Assembly: GCA_031962025.1 (NCBI GenBank)
Contig: JAVRKW010000002.1
Length of the DNA stretch: 64,000 nt
Origin: Pseudothermotoga sp.
GTDB lineage: Bacteria > Thermotogota > Thermotogae > Thermotogales > DSM-5069
Direction: 5' to 3' (one strand)
The notes beneath the pieces are model-generated. The model did no database searches, was not told where the DNA came from, and was given only the letters and a program-made list of their open reading frames with translations. Position numbers and translations under genes: made by a program. This document shows, piece after piece, positions 17,781-27,391 of the stretch (the first letter of the stretch is position 1; every line of letters starts with the position of its first letter).

Positions 17781-19031
17781 TCATGGATAAATACCTCTTA
17801 GTTTTACTGCCTGTGCTACTCTGTCAATCGCGACTATGTAAGCTGCCGTTCTGAAATCTACATTGTACTTTTCTTTGGTCTTTGCCACTTCAGCGAATGC
17901 GGCTTTCATCATCTTTGTGAGTTTTGCTCTTATATCATCAAGGTCCCAGAAGAATGATTGCAAATCCTGCACCCACTCAAAGTAAGAAACGGTCACTCCA
18001 CCGGAATTGGCAAGGATATCTGGAATAACAGTGACGCCTTTTGAAAGGAGTATTTTGTCTGCCTCCGGTGTGACTGGTCCGTTTGCTCCTTCGACAATGA
18101 GTTTTGCCCTGATTTTGTCGGCATTTTTCTCTGTGATGGCATTTTCCAGTGCTGCAGGAACCAGTATATCCACATCAAGCTCGAGCAGTTCTTCGTGCTT
18201 TATTTTCTTTGCCTTTGGATATCCATCGATGAATCCTTTGTGACTGTCCCTGTAAGCGATCAGATCATTGATATCCAGACCATTTGGATCATAATAAGCA
18301 GCAGATACGTCGCTTACGGCAACAACCTTTGCTTTGAAATCTTCGTGTAAAATTTTCGCGGAGAAAGAACCGACATTTCCAAAACCCTGCACAGCCACCG
18401 TTGCTTTTGAAATGTCTTTCCCCAGAACTTTGCATGCCTCGGCAGCCACTACGGCTACACCACGTCCTGTGGCTTCATTTCTTCCAACAGAGCCTCCTAT
18501 CTCCACAGGCTTTCCAGTCACAACACCCAGTGCAGGATAACCCGTATGCATGGTGTAGGTATCAACAAACCATGCCATCACCTGGGCATTTGTATTCACG
18601 TCTGGAGCCGGGATATCCTTTTTCTCGCCTATGAAGTTGGATATTTCATAGAAGAACCTTCTTGAGAGCCTTTCCAGTTCGTGTTTGGAAAGTTTGGAAG
18701 GATCTACTTTGACTCCGCCTTTTCCTCCACCATATGGGAGGTTCAAAAGCGAGCATTTCCATGTCATCCAGAAAGCCAGAGTCTGTACCTCATCGAGTGT
18801 GACATCGGGATGGTATCTTATACCACCCTTTGCCGGACCCCTGGCTGTACTGTGCTGACAGCGATACCCTGTGAACATTTCTACTCTACCATCATCCATC
18901 ACAACTGGGAACTCCACGATCAGAGTACGCTGAGGCCTTTCAAGAAATTTTCTGATGTTTGGATCAAGGTTCATGACATCTGCGGCATGCCCGAAAACCT
19001 CAAGCGCCTGTTGATATAACGATTTGGCCAT
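17781..19031 (-). CDS. gdhA: Glutamate dehydrogenase
   Basis: GPAKGGIRYHP, MTWKC, GGGKGG, DIPAPDVNT, QGFGNVG, EGANGP. Confidence 0.95.
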   Translation of the reverse strand: MAKSLYQQALEVFGHAADVMNLDPNIRKFLERPQRTLIVEFPVVMDDGRVEMFTGYRCQHSTARGPAKGGIRYHPDVTLDEVQTLAFWMTWKCSLLNLPYGGGKGGVKVDPSKLSKHELERLSRRFFYEISNFIGEKKDIPAPDVNTNAQVMAWFVDTYTMHTGYPALGVVTGKPVEIGGSVGRNEATGRGVAVVAAEACKVLGKDISKATVAVQGFGNVGSFSAKILHEDFKAKVVAVSDVSAAYYDPNGLDINDLIAYRDSHKGFIDGYPKAKKIKHEELLELDVDILVPAALENAITEKNADKIRAKLIVEGANGPVTPEADKILLSKGVTVIPDILANSGGVTVSYFEWVQDLQSFFWDLDDIRAKLTKMMKAAFAEVAKTKEKYNVDFRTAAYIVAIDRVAQAVKLRGIYP

Positions 19032-19250
19032 AAAAAAGCCTCCTTTCACGTAGGTTAAAGATCTTGCTCTATCTAGTCGAAAATTAGTGAACTACTTCAC
19101 ATTTTTATTTTAACATTCATTGCTCACGAAAGAAACTGCCACAAACACAAATTTTTTCGGCTCAAAAGTCATTTAGCTCCAAAAAAATGCTGTTTGCTCT
19201 TTTATACACACTAAATCGCAAGCATGCATGAATATGCGTATTAAAAAAGC

Positions 19251-19284
19251 AAAAAGCCCACCGTTGACGGCGGGCTTTAAAAAA
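19251..19284. terminator. Intrinsic terminator of the LeuA-family operon
   Basis: AAAAGCCCACCG-TTGA-CGGCGGGCTTT, with a U-tract on the minus strand. Confidence 0.7.
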
Positions 19285-19295
19285 TCATCTGGAGA

Positions 19296-20552
19296 TCATT
19301 GAAGAACTAACCTGATGATCCTATCGATTTGATCATCGTCCAGATAATTTTTGAGTACTATACTCTGTTTCTTAACTCTCACCAATATCTCTTCCACCTG
19401 AGCATCAGTTGCTTTTAAACCTTTTTTCTGCAAATAGAGCTTTATAAAAGCCCTTCCACTTTTTTTACCACCCACGTATCTGAGCTCTCTTCCAAAGTAT
19501 TTCGGATTATAAGGAAACATGGAATAATCGATGCCCGTTCCTTTACTCATTTTTTCATTAGCATCTATCACTATTCCAGATTCACTGTAGAATATCCTGT
19601 CACCAACAATTGGTTTATTTGGTGCCACATTTACCTTTGATATCTCCTGAATGAATTTTGAAACTTTATACAGTTCTGCACAGTTAATTCCAGTTTTTAA
19701 ACCAAGTATCATCTCCAAGCCAGCTACAACTTCCTCTGTTGAAGCATTACCGGTCCTCTCACCAAGGCAATTGAAAGACGTCTCGACAGCTTCTGCACCC
19801 GATGCTACCGCCATGAGTGCGGTAGCTGTGGCAAGTCCATAATCGTTGTGCACGTGTATGGCAAGAGGAACATCTGGAAACCACTCTTTCATCTTTCTAA
19901 CCAGGAAATTAACTGTGAATGGATGTGCCTGACCAAATGTATCGGATATACCTATTTGATCAACTTCTACATTTTTCAAAAGTTCCGTATAAACTGTTTT
20001 TATCCATTCAAGGTTATTGATTCTAAAAGTGTCCCAACCACAAAACTCAACAAACATTCCTAATTCTTTTGCGAGCTTTGCACCCCTGATTATTCTGTTG
20101 ATGAACTCTTTTGAATCAAGACCCAGAACATGCTTCACAAAATATGGGTTAATACCCGTTTCATAGAACAATCCATCGGCACCACATTCTGCGGCAAGCT
20201 TGACGTCTTCTTCCATAATCCTTGCAAGAGCTATCTTTTTTGCTTTCAAATTCATCTTTGACAGTCTTTTGAAAGCCCTCTGGTCTTCCTCAGAAACCGC
20301 AGGTGTGCCTATTTCGATCATGTGAATACCTATCCTGTCAAGCTCCTGAGCTATGAACACTTTTTCATCTTCTGTGAACACAACACCAGCCATCTGTTCA
20401 CCATCTCTCAGCGTAACATCGTGAATCAGGACTTTCTCAGGTAAGTGCATTTTTGATCGAACTTCCTCGATAAAGTTCAATGGTGAAACCCAGCTGTTGT
20501 TCAGAATGAACGGCTCACAACCTTCCAATTCGCTGGAATACATTCTCATCAT
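19296..20552 (-). CDS. LeuA-family DRE-TIM acyl-CoA condensing enzyme (homocitrate/citramalate/Re-citrate synthase-like)
   Basis: DVTLRDGEQ, HVHNDYGLATA, LGERTGNASTEE; no C-terminal LeuA regulatory domain. Confidence 0.85.
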   Translation of the reverse strand: MMRMYSSELEGCEPFILNNSWVSPLNFIEEVRSKMHLPEKVLIHDVTLRDGEQMAGVVFTEDEKVFIAQELDRIGIHMIEIGTPAVSEEDQRAFKRLSKMNLKAKKIALARIMEEDVKLAAECGADGLFYETGINPYFVKHVLGLDSKEFINRIIRGAKLAKELGMFVEFCGWDTFRINNLEWIKTVYTELLKNVEVDQIGISDTFGQAHPFTVNFLVRKMKEWFPDVPLAIHVHNDYGLATATALMAVASGAEAVETSFNCLGERTGNASTEEVVAGLEMILGLKTGINCAELYKVSKFIQEISKVNVAPNKPIVGDRIFYSESGIVIDANEKMSKGTGIDYSMFPYNPKYFGRELRYVGGKKSGRAFIKLYLQKKGLKATDAQVEEILVRVKKQSIVLKNYLDDDQIDRIIRLVLQ

Positions 20553-22489
20553 CTCCTTGAGTATTTTGAGAGTAACTCATTTCCTTTTTGAGTAATAGAA
20601 ACCGTTCTTCTCCAGATACCACCTTCGCTCAGATAACCTCGTCTGACAAGTGAATTTACAATAGTTGCCAGCGCCATGGAATTCAATCCGGTCTCCTTGG
20701 ACAATTCATCTGCCAGAATTCCAGATTTTCCACGTACATGTTCAAGAATCTTGATTCCTATTTCATCCACACCTTCGAAGATCTCATTTTCCTTAATTTT
20801 TGTTGGTAATGTTCTACCAAAATCTGTTATTCTAAACATATAAAAACCCGACCCGCCACTCGAAAATCTCTCTACTGCCCCGGCTTTCTCAAGCGCCAGA
20901 ACCAATTCGCTGCTCTTAGACGAGTCAATATCCAGTAAATCAGTTATTTCAGCCATTGTGTTATATCCTTTTCTTATTATGTCAAGGACTTTGATTTCCT
21001 CATCAGTTAAATTAGATCTCTTCTGCACAGCAAAGTCGTACTTCGACTTTCCAAAAAAGTTGGCTATTATAGCAGCACCGATAGATACAATGATACCTGG
21101 AATTACCATGTGACCAAATTTGCTGGTCAGTGGATATATCTTTGTCAAATCTAACAGAGTCCAAACAGACATGAATATTAAGCCAACCAAACCTCCCACA
21201 AATGCCCCTGTAGTTGAAAATTTCTTCGTGTAAAGACCAAGAATTACGATCACTGCCGTTGGAGCAAGCCATGCTGTTGCGAAAGCAAACAAATAAACCG
21301 GTCCTCCCGGGAAGAAACAAAGCAGAAGAGCCGCTATACCAAACAAAGCATTAACAATCATCGATGGTTTTACAAGCTGTTCTGATTTTGCATTCGGTTT
21401 GAAAAACCTTTGATAGATATCCCTGACTATGACAGAACTTCCAGCCATGTAATAAGTTGTTGCTGTCGAGACAGAAGCAGCCATTGTGGTGAGCAGAAAA
21501 TAAGCGGCAAGAACAGACGGCGTATCCCTTAAAAATATGCCAAAGGCGGCTGCTGGTGCGGCTGTTCCACGTGGTGCAAACATTTCAGGATGGGCTGCAC
21601 CAACATAAGCACCAAGAAGCGGATACATGAATCCATTTGCAAGAAACAGTATAACAGCAGCCCACAGATATGAGAGTTTAGCTACTCTTTCACTCCTGAC
21701 CGAACTCACCCTGATCCAGTAGCTGTTAGATCCCCAGACCAAAGCCATACCATACAAGAAAAATGCAACAAGGACACTCGGATAGAACACTGAAAACCAG
21801 GGAAAAGTTTTACCAGCTATACCGTTTGCCCACACATTCCCTGCTGGCCAATTTTGATTTAAGAAAGATAGTCCTCCATATTTCATAAGTAGAAATATTA
21901 TAAGAACTGGTATTGCAAAAGTGCACAGAACTCCCTGGATGAAGTCCGTTAAAGTTACCGCCCACATACCGCCCAAAACAGTGAAGAACAGAAAGATCAA
22001 AAACGTGAGCAAAATTGTTGATGAAATTGACCATTTCGTAAACCCTGTTATAATCGTCGCCATTGAGAGAATATTATTTGCCGTTATACCAAGCATAGCA
22101 ACTACCGTAACAAGTGTTATTACAAACCTGACTTTTCTATCGTATCTTATCTCGAGCCATTCTGGTAGAGTGTGTGCCCCTGTTCTTCTTGCTACGGGCG
22201 CTATAAGAAAGGCATAGGATATAATTCCTGTCAAAGAATAAGCCACACCAAGCATGAAGATACTCTTCGTGAGCCCACCCATCAAAGTGAAAGCAGGTGC
22301 AAGAGTCAGTGTGGTCCCTGCATAACCTATCGCGGTGACACCCAAAATGTTCACCAAAAGATTGATCTGCCTGCCCGCCACCAGATAATCAGTACTTCTT
22401 CCAATCCACTTTCTGGTTATCCATCCGACCCAAACCATTACAAAGCCGAAGATAGCAAAAAATACCGTGAAGATACCGACGGTACCCAT
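20549..22489 (-). CDS. Sodium:solute symporter with C-terminal tandem winged-helix domains
   Basis: DYLVAGR, TLPEWLEIRY, GGMWAVTLTDFIQ, RDIYQRF (SSS family); ~150 aa tail with two MarR-like wHTH repeats. Confidence 0.85.
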   Translation of the reverse strand: MGTVGIFTVFFAIFGFVMVWVGWITRKWIGRSTDYLVAGRQINLLVNILGVTAIGYAGTTLTLAPAFTLMGGLTKSIFMLGVAYSLTGIISYAFLIAPVARRTGAHTLPEWLEIRYDRKVRFVITLVTVVAMLGITANNILSMATIITGFTKWSISSTILLTFLIFLFFTVLGGMWAVTLTDFIQGVLCTFAIPVLIIFLLMKYGGLSFLNQNWPAGNVWANGIAGKTFPWFSVFYPSVLVAFFLYGMALVWGSNSYWIRVSSVRSERVAKLSYLWAAVILFLANGFMYPLLGAYVGAAHPEMFAPRGTAAPAAAFGIFLRDTPSVLAAYFLLTTMAASVSTATTYYMAGSSVIVRDIYQRFFKPNAKSEQLVKPSMIVNALFGIAALLLCFFPGGPVYLFAFATAWLAPTAVIVILGLYTKKFSTTGAFVGGLVGLIFMSVWTLLDLTKIYPLTSKFGHMVIPGIIVSIGAAIIANFFGKSKYDFAVQKRSNLTDEEIKVLDIIRKGYNTMAEITDLLDIDSSKSSELVLALEKAGAVERFSSGGSGFYMFRITDFGRTLPTKIKENEIFEGVDEIGIKILEHVRGKSGILADELSKETGLNSMALATIVNSLVRRGYLSEGGIWRRTVSITQKGNELLSKYSRR

Positions 22490-22506
22490 AATTCCACCCT
22501 CCCTTT

Positions 22507-23271
22507 CTAATCCTCAACAATGGCTACAGCGCGGACCCACCCGGCGCTTGCCTTGAATATTTTTATGGGGAAAACTGCCACTTTGAAGCCAAAAGATCTT
22601 GGAATTTTATCGAGATTTGCCAACTTTTCTATGTGACAATATTCTTTTTCAATCGAAGCAAAATGAGCAGGCCATATATACGAACCATCCTTAGTTTCTT
22701 GATAGTCTTTTGACATACTGGAAAAAGGTCTGTCCCATGTATAAGCATCAATACCTGTAATTTTTACGCCCTGTTCAAGCAACCACAATGTAGCTTCTCT
22801 GCTCATGCCAGGCTGGAGAAAATAATCTTTCGTCCCCATTCTTTTGTCTGCGCCGGTCATTATCAAAACAATGTCAAATGGTTTTATACTATAATTGATC
22901 CTTTCAAGCTCTTTTTTAAGATCGTCAATCGTTATGAATTCACCGTAGTTTTTATGACGCATATCGAGGACAACCCCGTCCGAAAAGCACCATTCTAAAG
23001 GTATTTCATCGATAGTTTTTGATATTTTACCCTCGCTCATTGGATGATAATGCCATGGGGCATCCATGTGTGTACCTGTGTGAGTCATCGCCTCGATGAA
23101 TTCATAGGACCAACCTAAACCATTCGAAAAAACAAGATCTTTTGGATCGACACCAAATCGCTCTCTCATTTCCTGGGAACCTGCTCTGTGGTCGAGATAG
23201 GTTATCTTGGCTGGCCATGGTTCGGAAGGAGAATTCGGTACAATAGTTTCACTTAAGTCAATTAATCTCAC
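22507..23271 (-). CDS. Cyclase family metal-dependent hydrolase (kynurenine formamidase/isatin hydrolase-like)
   Basis: HTGTHMDAPWHY, GIDAYTWD, IEKLANL, SAGWVRAVA; probable GTG start giving MRLIDLS. Confidence 0.88.
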   Translation of the reverse strand: MRLIDLSETIVPNSPSEPWPAKITYLDHRAGSQEMRERFGVDPKDLVFSNGLGWSYEFIEAMTHTGTHMDAPWHYHPMSEGKISKTIDEIPLEWCFSDGVVLDMRHKNYGEFITIDDLKKELERINYSIKPFDIVLIMTGADKRMGTKDYFLQPGMSREATLWLLEQGVKITGIDAYTWDRPFSSMSKDYQETKDGSYIWPAHFASIEKEYCHIEKLANLDKIPRSFGFKVAVFPIKIFKASAGWVRAVAIVED

Positions 23272-23290
23272 CCCATATGATGTCACCCCC

Positions 23291-23315
23291 TGTATTTTCG
23301 ATTATCGATAATACA
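23291..23315. promoter_or_regulatory. Palindromic operator candidate for the GntR regulator
   Basis: TGTATTTTCGAT-T-ATCGATAATACA, 12 bp arms with one mismatch, directly upstream of the cyclase gene. Confidence 0.55.
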
Positions 23316-23408
23316 TAAAACTGTATTGAAAAACAAAACCAAGAGGAATTCATATAAAGCAGTAAAACCAAGAAAACCCCAGGGAAACCTTTAAAAATTG
23401 TGAAAATC

Positions 23409-24107
23409 TCACTGAATCTCGTTTTTACTTGATTTTTCTTTGCATTTCGATAACATGTCGTTATAATATTGTTGAACAACAGCGGCACTAAAGCGAATGT
23501 ACTCTGCTATCAATTCAGCAGCTTTTTGTGAATCTCTTTTCTCCAATGTGAAAATTATTTGTGTGAAATATTGCGAAGAGATCCTGAGATTATCATCATA
23601 TTTCATGCTCAGATATCTGTACCTTTTTGCCTGATCTTCAGTTGCTTTAAGCAGAGAAACGAGTTTTTTAGACCCACATCCTTCCAAAATCACATCTGTG
23701 AACTGAAAGTTCGCTTCGAAAGCTTTGTCAATATCATACTCTATGTAAGCATCTCTGAATTCTTTTACAAACTGCTTAGCCCTCTGAATCTGTTCTTCGG
23801 TGGCTCTTTCGGCAAACCATGCAAATGCCAGTGACCACAGCTTTTCCTTTATCTTCCATATATCCAAAAGTTCTCGAAGGTCTATTTCCGTGACGATGTA
23901 ACCTTTGCGAGGAAATTCAGTCACAAGGTCAGATTTCTCTAAAATCTTCAATGCCTCCCTTACAGAAGTCTGACTCACACCAAAACGCTTCGCAAGATCC
24001 ATGATTTTTATACGTTCGCCCGGCTTGTAGAAACCTTTTATTATCTCCTGCTTTAATTGTTGTGCTATGCTCTCACAAACCTTCGGCGGTTTTTGATATA
24101 CCTCCAT
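23409..24107 (-). CDS. GntR family (FCD) transcriptional regulator
   Basis: KPGERI, LAKRFGVSQTSVREALKILE, PRKG; FCD-like C-terminus. Confidence 0.88.
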   Translation of the reverse strand: MEVYQKPPKVCESIAQQLKQEIIKGFYKPGERIKIMDLAKRFGVSQTSVREALKILEKSDLVTEFPRKGYIVTEIDLRELLDIWKIKEKLWSLAFAWFAERATEEQIQRAKQFVKEFRDAYIEYDIDKAFEANFQFTDVILEGCGSKKLVSLLKATEDQAKRYRYLSMKYDDNLRISSQYFTQIIFTLEKRDSQKAAELIAEYIRFSAAVVQQYYNDMLSKCKEKSSKNEIQ

Positions 24108-24213
24108 TTGGCTTTTCCATCCTCCTGTGCAAATATTTTTCAACTTTATTATAGCTCATCTTGTTCAACCACACTGTGAACTGTGGTAAACTTATGTCCA
24201 TGGTGAGAATTAT

Positions 24214-24828
24214 ATGGCTAATATACTCGTAGTTGACGATGAAAGAAATGTGAGAACCCTGATAAAGAGAATTCTCGAGCAGAGAGATCATTCGGTTGTT
24301 GCAGTTGCAACCGCTGAAGAAGCTTTTGTAGAACTCCGCCGCCAGGTGTTTGATCTTGTGACACTGGATCTGAAATTGCCCGGAATATCCGGCATAGAGT
24401 TCCTCAAGAAAATGAGACAGGAAGGATATGAAATACCAGTTCTGGTTATATCGGCGATAACCAATGCAATACCCATTGTTGAAGCGATGAAAAATGGAGC
24501 AAGTGATTATCTATCTAAACCATTCCCTGCCCAGGATCTTGTAAAAAAAGTGGAAGAGCTTTTGAACAGAGAAGAGATAACTTTTGAAAAGCTTGAAAGA
24601 AAAATTGAAGAAAAGATTTCCCAGGGCAAACTGGATATCGCAGAGCGCATGGCAAGAGAGTTGTTTTCAATTCACCCTTCTGCCGATGCACATTTCATCT
24701 ACGCAATGGTAATGGAACGATTGGGGAACACTGAACTTGCATACAAACACTTGAAAGCAGCCATTGCTTTGGATCCGGATCACAAGAAAGCGATTAAGGA
24801 GATTGCTCGTTATGAAAAAAAGGACTGA
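24214..24828 (+). CDS. Response regulator with C-terminal TPR-like region
   Basis: ILVVDDE, TLDLKLPG, DYLSKPF; AHFIYAMVMERLGNTELAYKHLKAAIALDPD TPR. Confidence 0.85.
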   Translation: MANILVVDDERNVRTLIKRILEQRDHSVVAVATAEEAFVELRRQVFDLVTLDLKLPGISGIEFLKKMRQEGYEIPVLVISAITNAIPIVEAMKNGASDYLSKPFPAQDLVKKVEELLNREEITFEKLERKIEEKISQGKLDIAERMARELFSIHPSADAHFIYAMVMERLGNTELAYKHLKAAIALDPDHKKAIKEIARYEKKD

Positions 24829-25243
24829 GGGGCTCTATATAATCATCATAGGGTGCGGGAAAATAGGCTCTATAGTCGCATCATACATGTCTGCTATTGG
24901 CAACAATGTGGTTGTTATAGACAATAAAGAAACAGCTTTCGACAACCTTTCGGAAGAGTTCACAGGATTCAAAGTCCTGGGCGATGCCACAGAGATAGTT
25001 CATCTAAAAGAAGCAAAAATCGAAAGGGCAAATGTTGTCTTGGCTCTAACAGGAGACGATAACACCAACTTCATGGTGTCAACCGTTGCAAAGCAGTACT
25101 TCGGTGTTAAAGAGGTTGTGGCTCGAGTAAACGATCCAGAAAATGAAGACATATTTAAAGAGTTCGACATAGAAGTTGTTTCACCAACTGCACTTGTAGC
25201 AGACAGAATTATACAGATAGTTGATGCGGAGGGACAGGGTTGA
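24812..25243 (+). CDS. trkA: TrkA-N (RCK) domain protein
   Basis: IIIGCGKIG, GDATE, ALTGDDNTN, VARVNDP. Confidence 0.85.
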   Translation: MKKRTEGLYIIIIGCGKIGSIVASYMSAIGNNVVVIDNKETAFDNLSEEFTGFKVLGDATEIVHLKEAKIERANVVLALTGDDNTNFMVSTVAKQYFGVKEVVARVNDPENEDIFKEFDIEVVSPTALVADRIIQIVDAEGQG

Positions 25244-25899
25244 AAATCGTCATAATAGGTGGATATCGTATCGCATACCATCTGGCTCGATCGATGATTT
25301 CCAAGGGGTATCATGTCTATATCGTAAACAAAGATCCGCAGGTATGTGAAGAACTGGCTAAGAAACTTTCGGTCGTTGTAATCAACGGAGATGGGAGCAA
25401 GAAAAACATCCTGGATCAGTTGGAGCTTTCGCAGAACGATATAGTTGTTATACTGACCAACACCGATCGAGATAGCCTGATAATCTCACAGATGATCAGA
25501 AAATATTACGGTGTGGAAAGAATAGTCACTCTGGTAAACGATCCGGAGAACATAGAAATCTTCAACAGACTCGGAGTAAAGGTGGCGGTCAGCCCGACCT
25601 CTTTGTTGAGTCAAACAATACAGAGCCTTTTGCTTGTTGAAGAAATGGAAGAATTCTTTCCAGTCGAAGAAGGTAAGCTGGTCTTTCTAAGACTCGAGAT
25701 ACCAGACAGTTCTCCTTCTGCCGGCAAAAAGCTCAAAGAAATAAACCTTCCAAACGAATGCATCATCGGTGGAATTCTGCGGCAAAACAACGTGGTGATT
25801 CCCAGGGGCGAAACAGAGTTACTGCCGAAAGATCGTGTTTTCATCATATGCGAACCAAAGGTGCAAACGCAGGTAATAAAATACCTGGTAGGTGAATGA
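25240..25899 (+). CDS. trkA: Trk potassium uptake regulatory subunit (RCK N+C)
   Basis: IVIIGG, NGDGS, GKKLKEINLP, IPRGETEL. Confidence 0.88.
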   Translation: MKIVIIGGYRIAYHLARSMISKGYHVYIVNKDPQVCEELAKKLSVVVINGDGSKKNILDQLELSQNDIVVILTNTDRDSLIISQMIRKYYGVERIVTLVNDPENIEIFNRLGVKVAVSPTSLLSQTIQSLLLVEEMEEFFPVEEGKLVFLRLEIPDSSPSAGKKLKEINLPNECIIGGILRQNNVVIPRGETELLPKDRVFIICEPKVQTQVIKYLVGE

Positions 25900-27391
25900 A
25901 ATGCCCTCGTATCTATGGGCAAGTTATGCGGTCATACTCAAAGTTTTGAGCAGTATTTTGGCGCTTTTTTCTTTGATTTTGCTTATTCCTGTGGGTTTTT
26001 CTCTTGTGTATCGTGAGTTTTCTGTCATACCCGCTTTTTTGATAAGTTCAGGTCTTTCATTAGTTCTCTATTTTATCTTTCGTATTAAACAGCGTTCAAG
26101 AAAGATGGATGTGATAACTTCAAAAGAAGGCGCTGTGATCGTACTTCTTTCATGGCTGCTTGTGATATTTCTGTCAGCAATGCCGTATGTCCTTGCAAAA
26201 ATTCTCAGTCTTTCCCGAGCCATTTTTGAGGCAACAAGCGGCTGGACAACGACAGGACTTACAGTGATCTACGATGTTGAATCCGCACCAAGGACAATAC
26301 TTTTCTGGCGCAGTCTCACTCAGTTTCTTGGTGGAGCTGGATTTGCAATTATCGTCATGGGAGCAATAATAGGGCCAACAGGACTTGGACTGTACCAAGC
26401 CGAAGGGCGAGTGGATAATATAGTACCGAATATCAGACACTCAGCCAGAATCATCATGATATTTTATGTTGTTTATGCCGGTGCTGGAACAATCGCTCTG
26501 AAGATAGCAGGTATGAATCTTTTTGATGCTTTAAACCACTCTTTGACCGCGCTTGCCACAGGTGGATTTTCAACAAAAAACAACAGCATTGGTTTTTTTA
26601 ACAACGTAGGTGTTGAAATAGTCACAATGATTCTGATGTGGCTTGGAGCAACCGGATTTGGTATTCACTACGCATTCTGGCAGAGAAACTGGCAGGCTTT
26701 GAAGAAAAATCCCGAGCCAAAACAGATGGCTTTTCTCACCGCTACTTCGGTTTTAATCCTCACCAGTGCCGGTCTGGGAAGAGTTTTTCCCAACATCTGT
26801 GAAGGCTTTAGACACACACTGTTTCAGGTTGTTTCAGCGCTCACCGGTACAGGTTTTTCAACAGTAGATCTGAGAAAATGGCTTGATTTTCCACCTGCAA
26901 TATTCATCCTGACCGTTCTCATGCTACTCGGTGGTTGCATGGATTCCACTTCAGGTGGTATAAAACAATACAGAATAGCTGTGTTATTGAAGGCACTGGT
27001 TCTTTCAGTCAAAAGATTTGTGCTTCCAAGAAATGCAGTGGTGCAGATTGAAATATGGAAAGGCAGTAACAAAAGATACCTGGATGACTCTCTGATTAAA
27101 GAAGCTTTTTTGGTGTCGAACCTTTATATTCTTTCTTTTGTAATCGGTTCGGCAGTTTTAACGACGTACGGTTATAGAATCTCTGAATCTATCTTCGAAT
27201 TCGCCTCGGCACTTGCCGGTGTGGGACTTTCAACTGGAATCACAAGTTATTCGATGCCAGATGGCGTGCTCTGGACTCTGGTAAGCGGTATGTTTCTTGG
27301 AAGATTGGAATTTCTGGTGATCATCTATGCGCTCAGTAAGATATTGAGAGACATTTCAATGGCTCTTCAGCGACAAAAAACTGCTGTGTGA
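25892..27391 (+). CDS. trkH: Trk potassium uptake membrane protein
   Basis: FEATSGWTTTGLT, ATGGFS, TGTGFS, STSGGIK, GVGLSTG, GRLE. Confidence 0.92.
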   Translation: MNEMPSYLWASYAVILKVLSSILALFSLILLIPVGFSLVYREFSVIPAFLISSGLSLVLYFIFRIKQRSRKMDVITSKEGAVIVLLSWLLVIFLSAMPYVLAKILSLSRAIFEATSGWTTTGLTVIYDVESAPRTILFWRSLTQFLGGAGFAIIVMGAIIGPTGLGLYQAEGRVDNIVPNIRHSARIIMIFYVVYAGAGTIALKIAGMNLFDALNHSLTALATGGFSTKNNSIGFFNNVGVEIVTMILMWLGATGFGIHYAFWQRNWQALKKNPEPKQMAFLTATSVLILTSAGLGRVFPNICEGFRHTLFQVVSALTGTGFSTVDLRKWLDFPPAIFILTVLMLLGGCMDSTSGGIKQYRIAVLLKALVLSVKRFVLPRNAVVQIEIWKGSNKRYLDDSLIKEAFLVSNLYILSFVIGSAVLTTYGYRISESIFEFASALAGVGLSTGITSYSMPDGVLWTLVSGMFLGRLEFLVIIYALSKILRDISMALQRQKTAV

